This document shows positions 1 through 10,284 of a stretch of DNA of 64,000 nt, piece by piece; position 1 is the first letter of the stretch, and each line of letters opens with the position of its first letter. The stretch is from positions 5,424 through 69,423 of the forward strand of contig JAHDEL010000006.1 of the NCBI GenBank assembly GCA_020628855.1. The letters are read 5' to 3'. Source of the stretch: Saprospiraceae bacterium. GTDB taxonomy: Bacteria > Bacteroidota > Bacteroidia > Chitinophagales > Saprospiraceae. Below the pieces are notes generated by a model. The model made no database searches. It saw only the letters and a list, made by a program, of their open reading frames with translations, and was not told the DNA's origin. The translations under genes were made by a program, and so were the position numbers.

Positions 1-767
1 ATTGGATAATAGAGAAGCAAGTTACATTTCCAATTATCTTGAAACCAACCCATGGGCTCAGAGGAAATGGCATAAAGTTGATTAATTCTGCTGAGGATCT
101 TTTAAAGCTGCCAGACTTAGAAAGCATGCCGTACATGGTACAAGACTTTATTGATTACCCTCTAGAGTTAGGTGTCTTCTTCATCAAGAATCCTGCGTGT
201 AAGACTGTAAAAATTACAAGTATTACCGAAAAACAGTTTATGGAAGTCAAAGGCGATGGACATTCAAACTTAGAAGCTTTGATCAAGTCAAACCCGAGGT
301 ACTGGATGCAATTACAAACTATTAAACATCAAGGCAATCATCCTTTAACTCATGTTCTAGAAAGAAATGAAGTCTATACTTTCGAGCGGCTTGGCAATCA
401 TTGCAAAGGAGCAATATTCTTGGATGGTGTTGAATTGCACAATCAGAATCTCCACGAATTAGTAGATGATATTTTGGATGATTCTACCGGTATTTATTAC
501 GGCAGAATAGATCTAAAGGCAAAAAATATTAGTGCATTGAGAAAAAAAGGTGAAGTTGTAGTCATCGAAATTAACGGTGCCTTTAGTGAGCCTGGTCATA
601 TCTACGATCCCAAGTATACCTTATGGAATGCATGGAAAGTAACTGTACAACACTTTTATCAATTATTTGCGCTAAGTAGACAACAGATTCGAAATGGGAT
701 ACGACCAGTATCTCTTAAGCAAGGGTTGCCACAACTGAGGCAACATTTTCAGCTTAAGTATGAATAG
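1..767 (+). CDS. ATP-grasp fold protein, 5' end cut by the window edge
   Basis: The frame is open from base 3 to the stop at 765-767. The pattern ILKPTHGLRGNGI ... VQDFIDYP ... VIEINGAFSEPGH resembles the C-terminal half of ATP-grasp ligases. Confidence 0.5.
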   Translation, partial: WIIEKQVTFPIILKPTHGLRGNGIKLINSAEDLLKLPDLESMPYMVQDFIDYPLELGVFFIKNPACKTVKITSITEKQFMEVKGDGHSNLEALIKSNPRYWMQLQTIKHQGNHPLTHVLERNEVYTFERLGNHCKGAIFLDGVELHNQNLHELVDDILDDSTGIYYGRIDLKAKNISALRKKGEVVVIEINGAFSEPGHIYDPKYTLWNAWKVTVQHFYQLFALSRQQIRNGIRPVSLKQGLPQLRQHFQLKYE

Positions 768-843
768 CCAAGTTAATTAGCTGCTGATGCATTCTTTATT
801 CAGTGTTCTATAATCTTCAGAAAGATTATGGCATAGTTTCTGC

Positions 844-1200
844 ATGATTCTATGTGTTATGAACATCGAAGAAATCAATAGAAAACACTTCATCGAAACC
901 GACATGTACTATCGTGTTGGTTATGGACTTTCGTCTAAATTATTGAACTTCGAACAAGGCATCTTCACTCTTGAAGTTGTTATCTCCAAAAAATGGTCTA
1001 AGAATTACAATGTTACAGCACAAGAATTAGGTAGACTTTGGAAAAAGGCGTACAAAGAACTGAATTCAGCTGTAGCGTGTAAAGTATTTATAATCGATAC
1101 AAAGACCTATCCATACAAGCAGTATTGTATCCACCGAGGTATTAAGCCTGGTTATGATGCAAAAAAGGGTGTTATCTTCAGAGAAGGTTACCTCAACTAA
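844..1200 (+). CDS. hypothetical protein
   Basis: ORF only, with no recognisable motif and no signal peptide. The likelier start is ATG 859 (MNIEEINRK). Confidence 0.35.
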   Translation: MILCVMNIEEINRKHFIETDMYYRVGYGLSSKLLNFEQGIFTLEVVISKKWSKNYNVTAQELGRLWKKAYKELNSAVACKVFIIDTKTYPYKQYCIHRGIKPGYDAKKGVIFREGYLN

Positions 1201-1267
1201 TTTACATATTATATATTATTTTAATGTGTTAGCAAATCATATTTACTGCATTTAATATACTTTTACT

Positions 1268-2383
1268 GTGATGTTACAGTTAAGTAGACCTATGAGTACT
1301 ATTACTAGAAGCTTTATCGCCATTATGCTGGTTTTACCAATAGTTGGTTTCGGTCAATTGCATGAAGCAGTTTTTCCAGATTTGCAAGGTGAAGCATTAT
1401 TTGAAGCTTTGCAACTGACTTACACTCCTGACTCTGTACTCACTTATTCGATGGCTAGGGATACACTTTTTTCGAAGGTATATCAAGAGTCAGATAGTCT
1501 TGAATGTGTGTATTCAGGTTGGAAGCGATATTTAGATCCAGAACTCGATCCAACACAAGCCGTATTTACCAATAATGGAGATAATGAAGATATAAATACA
1601 GAGCACTGCTATCCACAAAGTAAGGGGGCTTCTGTAGGAAATGGAAGGTCAGACATGCATCATCTTTTTCCTACTAGGGTGACTGTTAATTCAGATCGTG
1701 CGAATGATCCATTTATGGAAATAGATGATGATGTAACCGTCAAGTGGTTTTATAAAAATTTGACTCTGACATCTGAGCCTAACTCTATGAAAGAGCGTTA
1801 CGCTGAGGATATCTTTAAGGGCTTTGAACCTCGAGAGGGTGTAAAAGGTAATGTTGCTAGAGCGATCTTCTATTTTTACACGATATATAGAGATAATGCT
1901 GTGAGTGCTGACCCATCATTTTTTGATGTACAACGTGTCACTCTTTGCAATTGGCATTTTGAAGATAAGGTTGATCAAAAAGAGTGGGATAGAACACATA
2001 TCATTGCTACTTACCAAGAGGACAAGCCTAATCCATATGTTTTGGATTGTACACTGGCTGAAAGAATGTATTGTGATGATGTGATTATACAAGATTGTAC
2101 AGTCAGTAGCAATTTTAATGTTCATCCTGAAGATTCTTCACCTTGGATTTTGTACCCTAATCCGGGGACGAACATATTACGTATCCAATCACCCAGCAAG
2201 TGGTCATATGCTGATTTGTTTAACCAATCAGGAGAGATGATTAAGACAGTTTCATTGTCACAAAGTGGAAGTTACCAAGTCTCTTCAGATATTACTCCTC
2301 TACCAGCAGGAATTTATTTTGTAAGACTCTGTAAGTCTACTTCTGGTGGTTGTTCCGATTTTCAAAAGTGGATAAAGCGCTAA
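1268..2383 (+). CDS. secreted endonuclease I family nuclease with T9SS C-terminal sorting domain
   Basis: Signal peptide; HCYPQSKG, DMHHLFPT and NSDRAN motifs of the endonuclease I family; C-terminal LYPNPGTN...GIYFVRL sorting-domain pattern. Confidence 0.75.
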   Translation: MMLQLSRPMSTITRSFIAIMLVLPIVGFGQLHEAVFPDLQGEALFEALQLTYTPDSVLTYSMARDTLFSKVYQESDSLECVYSGWKRYLDPELDPTQAVFTNNGDNEDINTEHCYPQSKGASVGNGRSDMHHLFPTRVTVNSDRANDPFMEIDDDVTVKWFYKNLTLTSEPNSMKERYAEDIFKGFEPREGVKGNVARAIFYFYTIYRDNAVSADPSFFDVQRVTLCNWHFEDKVDQKEWDRTHIIATYQEDKPNPYVLDCTLAERMYCDDVIIQDCTVSSNFNVHPEDSSPWILYPNPGTNILRIQSPSKWSYADLFNQSGEMIKTVSLSQSGSYQVSSDITPLPAGIYFVRLCKSTSGGCSDFQKWIKR

Positions 2384-3326
2384 ATTTAATATCTGGATAT
2401 TGATGTTTAAAGCTATTGATTTCTTCGTGCAATTGACTTACGAAATCAGAGTGGCTCTTCGACTCAGGGTGTAGTGCTTTGTGATATATTTTCTTTGATA
2501 GACGCTCGATCTGTTGTATGACCTCTAATGTTTGAGGAGTAAAATGATTGGCACTAAATGCATCCCAAATATGATGAATTGCTCTATCGTTAGGATGAAT
2601 CAAATCATTGGCATAAAACGAATAATCTCGGAGCTCGTCGGTCAGTATTTCGAAAGATGGAAAGTAATGTACATTATCAAACGTCGTTTCTAAGTATTCA
2701 CAAAGAAGCAATAGTCTACTCTTACTTCTTGAGTTATCTATAAGACCATGTCTTGTATGCCTGATAGGGCTGACTGTTACTATGAGCTCAATATTGGGCA
2801 ACTTGCTCTGAATTTGTGAAATAACGTCATGATACATTGTCTCTAAGTCGAGGCTATTCACAAATTCTTGATGAAATAAAGCCTTGGGTTGCTTGTGACA
2901 ATTTGTTACTGTCTTTTGAGATTCCAACAATCGCTGGATAATAGCAGTACCAAAAGTGAGAATGAGTACATCACTTTCCTGAAGATGTTGCTTCAGAAGC
3001 TGGATTCTATGTTGTAATTGTTGAGCAAAGGTCTCTCTATCAAGACCATACAATTGCGAATGAAAATGATAATGTAAATGAATGTCATCTCGATGAAGAA
3101 ATAATGAACTATCTAATTGCTCTTCTGCTATGACGTAATTGAGATGTTGTGCAATGGAAATGGGATCATATGCTATACCTAAAGGATTGGTCAGTGCTTG
3201 GAATCCAAAGTCTGCGAGATGCCCGCCAATGTGTTCGGAAAAACATGAGCCCAAAACAGTAAAATGAGTAGCGAAATCAAGTCTGTTGCCGTTATTAGAG
3301 TATGCTACAGGAGTTGACAATCTCAT
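2337..3326 (-). CDS. GSCFA family protein
   Basis: VLGSCFSEHIG motif near the N-terminus and LIHPND near the C-terminus. The 3' end overlaps the convergent nuclease gene by 47 nt. Confidence 0.75.
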   Translation of the reverse strand: MRLSTPVAYSNNGNRLDFATHFTVLGSCFSEHIGGHLADFGFQALTNPLGIAYDPISIAQHLNYVIAEEQLDSSLFLHRDDIHLHYHFHSQLYGLDRETFAQQLQHRIQLLKQHLQESDVLILTFGTAIIQRLLESQKTVTNCHKQPKALFHQEFVNSLDLETMYHDVISQIQSKLPNIELIVTVSPIRHTRHGLIDNSRSKSRLLLLCEYLETTFDNVHYFPSFEILTDELRDYSFYANDLIHPNDRAIHHIWDAFSANHFTPQTLEVIQQIERLSKKIYHKALHPESKSHSDFVSQLHEEINSFKHQYPDIKFSALSTFENRNNHQK

Positions 3327-3498
3327 GCAAATCTGGTAGAATAGATATTATAAAAAAAATTATGTGTATAAAACACAATTACTAATGTTTGGATAAAGAT
3401 AAATTATTGTAAGTTTAGGAAGCGATTGGACTCCAAATTTGGTCTAACGTATAACTCCACTTACGAAATCAAATCGAAACTACGATTAAAATAGATTT

Positions 3499-4605
3499 AT
3501 GACTATTATGAGAATTGGAAGGATTATTATCGTGGCTCTGTTTTCAGTAATAAGTTTTGTATCCCAAGCACAGGATATTCACTTTAGCCAGTTTTACATG
3601 TCACCTCTTAATACTAACCCAGCATTAACAGGTGTGATGAATTGTAACACCAGACTGGTGGCTAACTATAGGAATCAGTGGGCTGGTGTATTGGGCGCAA
3701 ATGCTTACAATACTTACTCTGTTTCTTATGATCAAAAAGTTGCAGTGGGAAGAACAGACTATTTTGGTATTGGAGGATCTCTATGGTCGGATGTTGCTGG
3801 TTCTTTGGACTTTGGAACAACTCAAGGTAGATTGTCTTTCAGTTATGCTAAGAAGATGGGTGGATACAGAGAATCTTCGCATTTTCTTGTCTTAGGTGCA
3901 GATGCTGCAATTAGCCAAAGAAGACTTTCTCAAGACGCTACAGCTCAGATATGGGCAAGTGAGCACGATGGACAAGGTGGTGTTTTGGAAGGAGCGAATC
4001 CAGATATTGCTGGAATGCTTAACTATGACTTTATCTATGCAGACCTAGCAGTTGGCTTGCTTTGGTTTAGCATCATTGATAGAGAGAATAATTTTTATGG
4101 AGGTCTTGCACTACATCACGTAAATAGACCTAATGTTACTTTCCAGACGGACAACTCTGCATCAATACAGCCAATAGGGCAAAGATTTACAGCTCATGCA
4201 GGCGGTCAACTGTGGTTGTCAAAAGGACTCTATGTAGTACCTGGTTTTGTGTTCTTGAAACAGAATAGTCAAGTCGAGCTTAACCTAGGAACTAACCTCA
4301 GATTTGCTGTTGGTAATTCTAGAACTTCTGATCAATCTTGGCAAGTAGGAGCATGGTACAGACTAACTAATAGATATGTAGAGCCAACGGCTGCCGGAGG
4401 AGAATCTTCTGTGCAGTTTCTACACTCAGATGCATTCATTATGACGGCAAGGTTTGACTATGATAACTTTGGTTTAGGCTTCAGTTATGACCTTAACATA
4501 TCAGAGTTAAGAGCAGCATCTGTTGGAAATGGTGCTTTCGAATTTTCGTTGAATTACTATATCTGTGGACCAGAAAAACGTGCTGTTTACTGTCCTAGAT
4601 TTTAA
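3499..4605 (+). CDS. PorP/SprF family type IX secretion system membrane protein
   Basis: Signal peptide followed by QDIHFSQFYMSPLNTNPALTG, the hallmark N-terminus of this beta-barrel family. C-terminal F. Confidence 0.85.
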   Translation: MTIMRIGRIIIVALFSVISFVSQAQDIHFSQFYMSPLNTNPALTGVMNCNTRLVANYRNQWAGVLGANAYNTYSVSYDQKVAVGRTDYFGIGGSLWSDVAGSLDFGTTQGRLSFSYAKKMGGYRESSHFLVLGADAAISQRRLSQDATAQIWASEHDGQGGVLEGANPDIAGMLNYDFIYADLAVGLLWFSIIDRENNFYGGLALHHVNRPNVTFQTDNSASIQPIGQRFTAHAGGQLWLSKGLYVVPGFVFLKQNSQVELNLGTNLRFAVGNSRTSDQSWQVGAWYRLTNRYVEPTAAGGESSVQFLHSDAFIMTARFDYDNFGLGFSYDLNISELRAASVGNGAFEFSLNYYICGPEKRAVYCPRF

Positions 4606-4641
4606 GATATGCCAGCAGATTTAGTATCTGCAAAAGGAAGA

Positions 4642-4677
4642 AACCCTTGTTCAATTATTGAGTAAGGGTTTTTTTTT
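4642..4677 (+). terminator. intrinsic terminator after the porP/sprF-like gene
   Basis: AACCCTT / AAGGGTT stem followed by a T-run. Confidence 0.7.
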
Positions 4678-4715
4678 CCCCAATTGATTTAAAAAACCTC
4701 ATAAATAATCAAAAC

Positions 4716-5132
4716 ATGTTTGGATCAAAGAACAATTCTTCAACTCAACAACACAATCACACCTCGTCTGGTCTTGGATCTACGAATAGCTTAGTTCTTG
4801 GTACAAATGTCGAAGGAACGATAACTGCATCTAAAGATATCAGGATTGATGGTGCACTCCACGGAAACCTTTCATGTGAAGGTAAGGTGATCATAGGCCC
4901 AGAAGGTAAAGTAGTTGGAGAGATTAACTGTGAGAATGCAGTAATAGAAGGTCACTTCGAAGGCAAATTGAAAGTGAGAAATACAGTTACAGTAAAGGAG
5001 TCTGCAAGAGTAAAAGGTGAGGTGGATACTGAGAATCTCCAAGTAAATGCCGGAGCAATTTTCAATGTTCAATGTACTACAGAGCCATCAAAGGTAAAGT
5101 CTATTTCTGCAGAGACAGCTCAGGCTTCTTAG
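4716..5132 (+). CDS. bactofilin (polymer-forming cytoskeletal protein)
   Basis: Beta-helix repeat pattern IRIDGALHGNL / GKVIIGPEGKVVGEI / AVIEGHFEGKLKV / VKESARVKGEV. Confidence 0.8.
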   Translation: MFGSKNNSSTQQHNHTSSGLGSTNSLVLGTNVEGTITASKDIRIDGALHGNLSCEGKVIIGPEGKVVGEINCENAVIEGHFEGKLKVRNTVTVKESARVKGEVDTENLQVNAGAIFNVQCTTEPSKVKSISAETAQAS

Positions 5133-5133
5133 C

Positions 5134-5346
5134 ATGAAACAAGATCGACCAAATAAAAGGTCCAAAAAAGACTTTATGAAGTATACAGGGTGGGGCACTA
5201 CTCTGTTCTTATTATTGTTGGTAGCAATGTATGCAGGGAAGAAAGTAGACGAAAAAATGGGAAATGAATCTCCCTACATAGCAGTATCGTTTATGTTTGT
5301 TGTCTTAATTGTTCAGTTTTACAAACTGATTAAGGATCTGAGTTAA
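5134..5346 (+). CDS. AtpZ/AtpI-like small membrane protein
   Basis: 70 aa with a basic N-terminus and two hydrophobic helices (KYTGWGTTLFLLLLVAMYAGKKVDEKMG). It starts 1 nt after the preceding stop. Confidence 0.5.
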   Translation: MKQDRPNKRSKKDFMKYTGWGTTLFLLLLVAMYAGKKVDEKMGNESPYIAVSFMFVVLIVQFYKLIKDLS

Positions 5347-5348
5347 CT

Positions 5349-5729
5349 ATGGAAGGCAGAAAGTTCAGAAGACAAATACTCTATAGTATTTTACTTTCAA
5401 TATTGGCATTTACATTAATGTCAACAGTCCTTGACACATTTGCATACTATGATCTCCTATTAACCAGTGTTTTATTTTTCACATTGCTCTCTTGTGGATT
5501 ATTTTTTCTTGCACGTAGATCTATAGAACAAAAGAAGAGTAATTTCTTCCTGTATATCATTATAAGCAATGTCCTAGTGAAGATATTGGCATCTTTTGTC
5601 ATCATTCTCATTTATATGCAAGTGAGGAGCCCAGAAGCAAAGATTTTTATCCTACCTTTCCTGACGACATACTTGATCTTCACAATTTTTGAGACTTATT
5701 TTCTCTCAAAGGTTGCAGAGAGTACTTAA
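5349..5729 (+). CDS. hypothetical integral membrane protein
   Basis: 126 aa with about four hydrophobic helices; 2-nt gap to the previous ORF. Confidence 0.5.
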   Translation: MEGRKFRRQILYSILLSILAFTLMSTVLDTFAYYDLLLTSVLFFTLLSCGLFFLARRSIEQKKSNFFLYIIISNVLVKILASFVIILIYMQVRSPEAKIFILPFLTTYLIFTIFETYFLSKVAEST

Positions 5730-5765
5730 GTAAATGAAGTCCAAGCAAACTTGATTAAGGAACGA

Positions 5766-7778
5766 TTATACTTCATCTCCTTCGGCGACATCATCGATGC
5801 TTAGATCCGAAGTAGGTTCTTGAGCTTTTGTATCTTCAGTGTCGCTACTTGATTCAGCTTCAACAATTTCAGCTTCTTCAAATGGTCTCTTTCCTATAAG
5901 TTTTTCAAGATCTGATTTAAGTATAACTTCTTTCTCTAAAAGCTGTTTTGCGAGTATGTTCAACTCATTTCTTCTTTCCTTTAATAAGTTTTGAGCTCGT
6001 GCATATTGCTCTTCAATCAGCGCTCTAACCTCATCATCGATTAGTGTCGCAGTATCATCAGAATAAGGTTTGCTAAATTGATCTTGCTGCATCCCATAGA
6101 ATGAGACATTACCAACTTTATCATTCATTCCGTAGACAGCCACCATACTATATGCCATCTTAGTCACTTGGTCCAAATCACTTTGAGCACCTGTTGATAT
6201 TTTGTCAAAGACAATTTTCTCTGCAGCTCTACCACCTAGTGTCATGCACATCCTATCCTTGAGAGCTTCTGTACGAGTGATATATTCTTCCTTTGGAAGA
6301 TATTGTGCATAGCCAAGCGTACCAATACCTCGAGGTACAATAGTTACTTTTACTAATGGAGAGGCGTGCTCTAGAAACCAACCGCAAACTGCATGGCCAG
6401 CTTCATGATATGCAATGATTTCTTTTTCTTTCGGCGAGATAATTTTATTCTTCTTTTCCAAACCTCCAATGACTCTATCAAGAGCATAGTTGAAATCATC
6501 GAGATCAACAGCTTTCTTGTTTTTTCTAGCAGCAACAAGTGCGGCTTCATTGCAAACATTGGCAATATCTGCACCAGCAAATCCTGGTGTCATTTCAGCA
6601 AGTATATCTGACTTTACTCCGGCTGCAATCTTAATGTTTTTGAGATGGACATCGAAGATCTCTTTTCTGCCTTTAAGGTCAGGTCTGTCAATTCCAATTT
6701 GTCTGTCGAATCTACCTGGCCTAAGCAATGCATTATCAAGTACATCTGGACGGTTGGTAGCTGCCATGAGGATTACACCCTTATCAGTAGCAAATCCATC
6801 CATCTCAACTAATAGTTGATTGAGTGTGTTTTCTCTTTCATCATTTCCACCTTGAATTGCACCTTTGCCTCTCGCTCTACCGATGGCATCTATTTCGTCA
6901 ATAAAAACAATACAAGGGGCTTTCTCTCTCGCTTGCTTAAAGACATCTCGGACTCTCGATGCTCCGACACCGACAAACATTTCAACAAAATCTGATCCCG
7001 ACATTGAAAAGAATGGAACATCAGCTTCACCTGCAACTGCTTTTGCCAATAGGGTCTTTCCAGTGCCTGGAGGGCCAACAAGTAGCACACCCTTAGGTAT
7101 TTTGCCACCGAGTGCAGTATATTTTTTAGGATTTTTTAAAAAATCCACGACTTCCATGACTTCTTCTTTAGCTTCTTCCAGCCCAGCAACATCTTTGAAT
7201 GTAACATTGACTTTTGAATCTTTATCGAAAAGAGTAGCTTTTGATTTACCAATATTGAATATCTGTGCTCCTGGTCCTGAACTGCCACCAGTCATTCGCC
7301 GCATGAAGAATACCCATAAACCGATTAAAAGAAATATTGGCAATAGCCATCCAAGCAGTTGTCCAGTCCAATTTGTCCGTGTTTGGTAGATTGGATCGAT
7401 AATGATTTCATCCTTGTTCACCTCAGCAACCATACCATCAAAGGTGCCTATGTCACCTAATTCAAACTGGTAATGCGGTTGATCAAAGTTGAAGGAGTTT
7501 TCCTTAATATGCTTGTGATTTGATTGATAGTCTTCTTTAATCCAAACTTGAGCAAAATTTTTGTTGATCACCTCAACTTTTTCTATTTCGCCTTTTTCCG
7601 CCATTGTCTTAAACTTGACAGGCGTTATTTCTTCAGTATTGTTATTGATGACATTGAATAAATTCAAGCTTAGAATCATAAAGATGATCAAGCCATATAT
7701 CCAATACGAATTAAAAGAAAGCCGAGTCGGCTTATTATCATTATTATTATCTTTTGGTTGCTCTGACATAGTGTGCAA
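5766..7778 (-). CDS. ftsH: ATP-dependent zinc metalloprotease FtsH
   Basis: Walker A GPPGTGKT, Walker [10 protein letters not shown], zinc site HEAGHA, two N-terminal TM helices. Confidence 0.97.
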   Translation of the reverse strand: MHTMSEQPKDNNNDNKPTRLSFNSYWIYGLIIFMILSLNLFNVINNNTEEITPVKFKTMAEKGEIEKVEVINKNFAQVWIKEDYQSNHKHIKENSFNFDQPHYQFELGDIGTFDGMVAEVNKDEIIIDPIYQTRTNWTGQLLGWLLPIFLLIGLWVFFMRRMTGGSSGPGAQIFNIGKSKATLFDKDSKVNVTFKDVAGLEEAKEEVMEVVDFLKNPKKYTALGGKIPKGVLLVGPPGTGKTLLAKAVAGEADVPFFSMSGSDFVEMFVGVGASRVRDVFKQAREKAPCIVFIDEIDAIGRARGKGAIQGGNDERENTLNQLLVEMDGFATDKGVILMAATNRPDVLDNALLRPGRFDRQIGIDRPDLKGRKEIFDVHLKNIKIAAGVKSDILAEMTPGFAGADIANVCNEAALVAARKNKKAVDLDDFNYALDRVIGGLEKKNKIISPKEKEIIAYHEAGHAVCGWFLEHASPLVKVTIVPRGIGTLGYAQYLPKEEYITRTEALKDRMCMTLGGRAAEKIVFDKISTGAQSDLDQVTKMAYSMVAVYGMNDKVGNVSFYGMQQDQFSKPYSDDTATLIDDEVRALIEEQYARAQNLLKERRNELNILAKQLLEKEVILKSDLEKLIGKRPFEEAEIVEAESSSDTEDTKAQEPTSDLSIDDVAEGDEV

Positions 7779-7801
7779 TTAATTCTCTCTAAGAGAGATC
7801 A

Positions 7802-8188
7802 TTAGATGTTTTGATATTCTGTAACCTCGGCATCGCTCCAAAGTTCTTCCAATTCATAAAATTCTCGAGCTTCTGGGTGGAATATGTGGACTATTGTATT
7901 AAAATAATCGACCAAAATCCATGTATCACTATCCTGCCCTTCGCGAGAAGACGGATGCCAATCTATCTCCTGCTTCAACCTTTTATGCACATTATTGGCG
8001 ATAGCTCTCATTTGAGTATTGCTATCTCCATTACAGATAATAAAGAAATCTGCAGGAGCATCATACAATTTTCTAAGGTCCAATTTTAAGATGTCTTTGC
8101 CTTTGATATCTTGGATGCTATCTACGATGAGGTCATTTACTGCATCGATGCTTATTTGAGTAGAAGAGGGACTGCTTTGTGTATTCAA
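7802..8188 (-). CDS. rsfS: ribosome silencing factor RsfS
   Basis: Iojap/RsfS pattern (ADFFIICNGDSNTQMRAIANNV, WILVDYFNTIVHIF). It lies directly upstream of ftsH on the same strand. Confidence 0.9.
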   Translation of the reverse strand: MNTQSSPSSTQISIDAVNDLIVDSIQDIKGKDILKLDLRKLYDAPADFFIICNGDSNTQMRAIANNVHKRLKQEIDWHPSSREGQDSDTWILVDYFNTIVHIFHPEAREFYELEELWSDAEVTEYQNI

Positions 8189-8237
8189 ATGCTTAGTATT
8201 GTATTCTATATATCTATAACGATTAAAAGTACTAAAT

Positions 8238-9008
8238 ATGTTTCATTGCGACTTCGAGCGATTACAGGCATGGAAGTTCGTGTATTTACCAACAATAGAT
8301 AGTACACAATCGTATGCTAGACAACTACTTTCAAATATTGAACCAACAGGTCCAATTGTAGTATATACTGACCATCAGACAGCTGGAATGGGTCAATTTG
8401 GCAGAAAATGGCACTCAAAACCTCAAAAGGGTCTGACATGCTCTTTAATTGTACCATTTCCAGAAAGAAGTGCTTCTATATCCCCGTTTATATGGAACAT
8501 GTATATTGCCAATGTGGTTGCACAGACTCTTAACTCACTCTTTGATATTCGAGTTGGCTTAAAATGGCCGAATGATATCATGTATTCTGACAGAAAATTG
8601 GGAGGTATATTAATTAATAATGTATTTAAAGGAGAACAAATTGCTCACAGTATCGCTGGTATTGGGCTTAATCTAAAAGCTCATAATTATAGCGGTACGA
8701 ATAACCCATCCATCTCTATAGCTGAGATTAAAGAGACAGAGATAACATCTAGGATACTCTTATACTGTTTGGCAGAGCTTCTGGAAGTTGGTGATCTAGC
8801 AAACCAACTTCCACTGAATGCGCAAATGATTTTAAACTTATACAACCAACAATTGTACAATAAGGGTAATTTGATTTCTTGTGTTAATGCTGAAGGCGAG
8901 AGATTGGAAGGAGTCATCAAAGCAGTGAATGCTGATGGACAACTTGTACTCGGTATAGGGAATACTGAGTTGAGAATTCATCATGGGCACTACGATATTA
9001 TCTATTAG
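8238..9008 (+). CDS. birA: biotin--[acetyl-CoA-carboxylase] ligase (class I, no HTH domain)
   Basis: GRKWHS biotin loop and KWPNDI motif. 256 aa without an N-terminal DNA-binding domain. Confidence 0.85.
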   Translation: MFHCDFERLQAWKFVYLPTIDSTQSYARQLLSNIEPTGPIVVYTDHQTAGMGQFGRKWHSKPQKGLTCSLIVPFPERSASISPFIWNMYIANVVAQTLNSLFDIRVGLKWPNDIMYSDRKLGGILINNVFKGEQIAHSIAGIGLNLKAHNYSGTNNPSISIAEIKETEITSRILLYCLAELLEVGDLANQLPLNAQMILNLYNQQLYNKGNLISCVNAEGERLEGVIKAVNADGQLVLGIGNTELRIHHGHYDIIY

Positions 9009-9012
9009 AAGC

Positions 9013-10245
9013 ATGAAAGCATCAATATTAACAATAGGCACAGAGTTACTAATCGGTCAAACTATTGACACAAATTCTGCATGGTTAGGATCTCAATTGT
9101 CTAAACTAGGAATTACCATATTAAAGACAATCTCCATAGCGGATGACGAAGAGACAATTATAGCCTCACTTGAGGATCTGGTTAAAGCTTCGGACCTCGT
9201 TTATATCACAGGTGGTCTTGGACCCACAAAAGACGATATTACAAAGTCAGCTTTGGCTAAATTTCTTGAAGTAGACATGTACTTTGATGATAATCAATAT
9301 GAGCACATCCAAGCTTTTTTTAGGGGTTTGGGACGAGATATTTCACCACTTCATAAGGCCCAATGTCATTTTCCTGTTGGCACTCAATTTTTAGATAATG
9401 CCCTTGGGACTGCGCCAGGTATGCAATTTCAACATAGAGATACGATCATTACTTCAATGCCAGGAGTGCCTTATGAGATGAAGTCCATTTTCAAAGCGAA
9501 TATTTTACCCCAACTTCAACAAGATTCTGAATCATTATCCTACCATGAAGTCACAATGCACTCAGCAGGACTTCCTGAATCTGCGATAGCAGAAAGAATA
9601 CAACCAATATTAGATAACTTACCCAGCTCCATTGACACAGCCTATCTGCCTTCTATGGGTATTGTAAAAATCAGAATGAGTACGAATGTCAAAGCGGATT
9701 TGGAAGCACTTGAAACAGCAGTCAAGACTATTGTAGATACCCTAGAGCCACATGTGTATGGCTACAATGGAAAGAGCATAGCTTCTGCTGTTCTGGATAT
9801 ATTGGAAGAGAAGTCACTCAGGCTAGGTATCGCTGAAAGCTGTACCGGTGGTTATCTGACGCACCTTATTACAAGTATTCCTGGATGCTCTAGACAGTAT
9901 ACTGGCACTATCATTGCCTATGATAACACTGTCAAGGTCTCTGAGTTGGATGTAGATCAGAATCTGCTAGACCAACATGGTGCTGTGAGCAAAGAAGCTG
10001 TGAGAGCAATGGTAACTGGGGCTTGTCACACACTAAATACTGACGTTGCCATCAGCATTTCTGGAATTGCAGGACCTACAGGTGGTACAGCAGAAAAACC
10101 AGTTGGTACAGTGTGGATAAGTGTTGGTAATTCGCAAAAGCAACTCACAAGAAAATTTCGTCTAAAGAAAGATCGTTTATTAAATATTCGGTATGCATCA
10201 AATGCTGCCCTTATAATGCTTCGAAAGTTTTTACTCGACTTATAA
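9013..10245 (+). CDS. cinA: competence/damage-inducible protein CinA (PncC-type nicotinamide-nucleotide amidase fusion)
   Basis: The N-terminus MKASILTIGTELLIGQTIDTNS is typical of CinA, and ESCTGG occurs in the C-terminal domain. I prefer ATG 9013 over the track start at 8983, which overlaps birA. Confidence 0.9.
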   Translation: MKASILTIGTELLIGQTIDTNSAWLGSQLSKLGITILKTISIADDEETIIASLEDLVKASDLVYITGGLGPTKDDITKSALAKFLEVDMYFDDNQYEHIQAFFRGLGRDISPLHKAQCHFPVGTQFLDNALGTAPGMQFQHRDTIITSMPGVPYEMKSIFKANILPQLQQDSESLSYHEVTMHSAGLPESAIAERIQPILDNLPSSIDTAYLPSMGIVKIRMSTNVKADLEALETAVKTIVDTLEPHVYGYNGKSIASAVLDILEEKSLRLGIAESCTGGYLTHLITSIPGCSRQYTGTIIAYDNTVKVSELDVDQNLLDQHGAVSKEAVRAMVTGACHTLNTDVAISISGIAGPTGGTAEKPVGTVWISVGNSQKQLTRKFRLKKDRLLNIRYASNAALIMLRKFLLDL

Positions 10246-10250
10246 TTATG

Positions 10251-10258
10251 TAATTTTG
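10251..10258 (+). promoter_or_regulatory. Bacteroidota-type -7 box (TAnnTTTG) upstream of the E2 gene
   Basis: TAATTTTG, ending 27 nt upstream of ATG 10285. Confidence 0.35.
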
Positions 10259-10284
10259 CAGCTCAATAAAACTGACAAAAGAAT

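Noticed and set aside
1-1200. ATP-grasp gene followed by a small ORF, considered as a RiPP (ATP-grasp-modified peptide) locus
   Set aside because: The 118-aa ORF has no leader/core organisation or repeated Thr/Ser-Asp/Glu pattern. The ATP-grasp gene is truncated by the window edge, so the context is insufficient.
6371-7389. Several ORFs of 69-174 aa on both strands inside ftsH (for example 6490-6819 and 6865-7389)
   Set aside because: They are shadow ORFs within an unambiguous, motif-rich ftsH frame. Their translations are low-complexity (S/P/T/L-rich) with no motifs.
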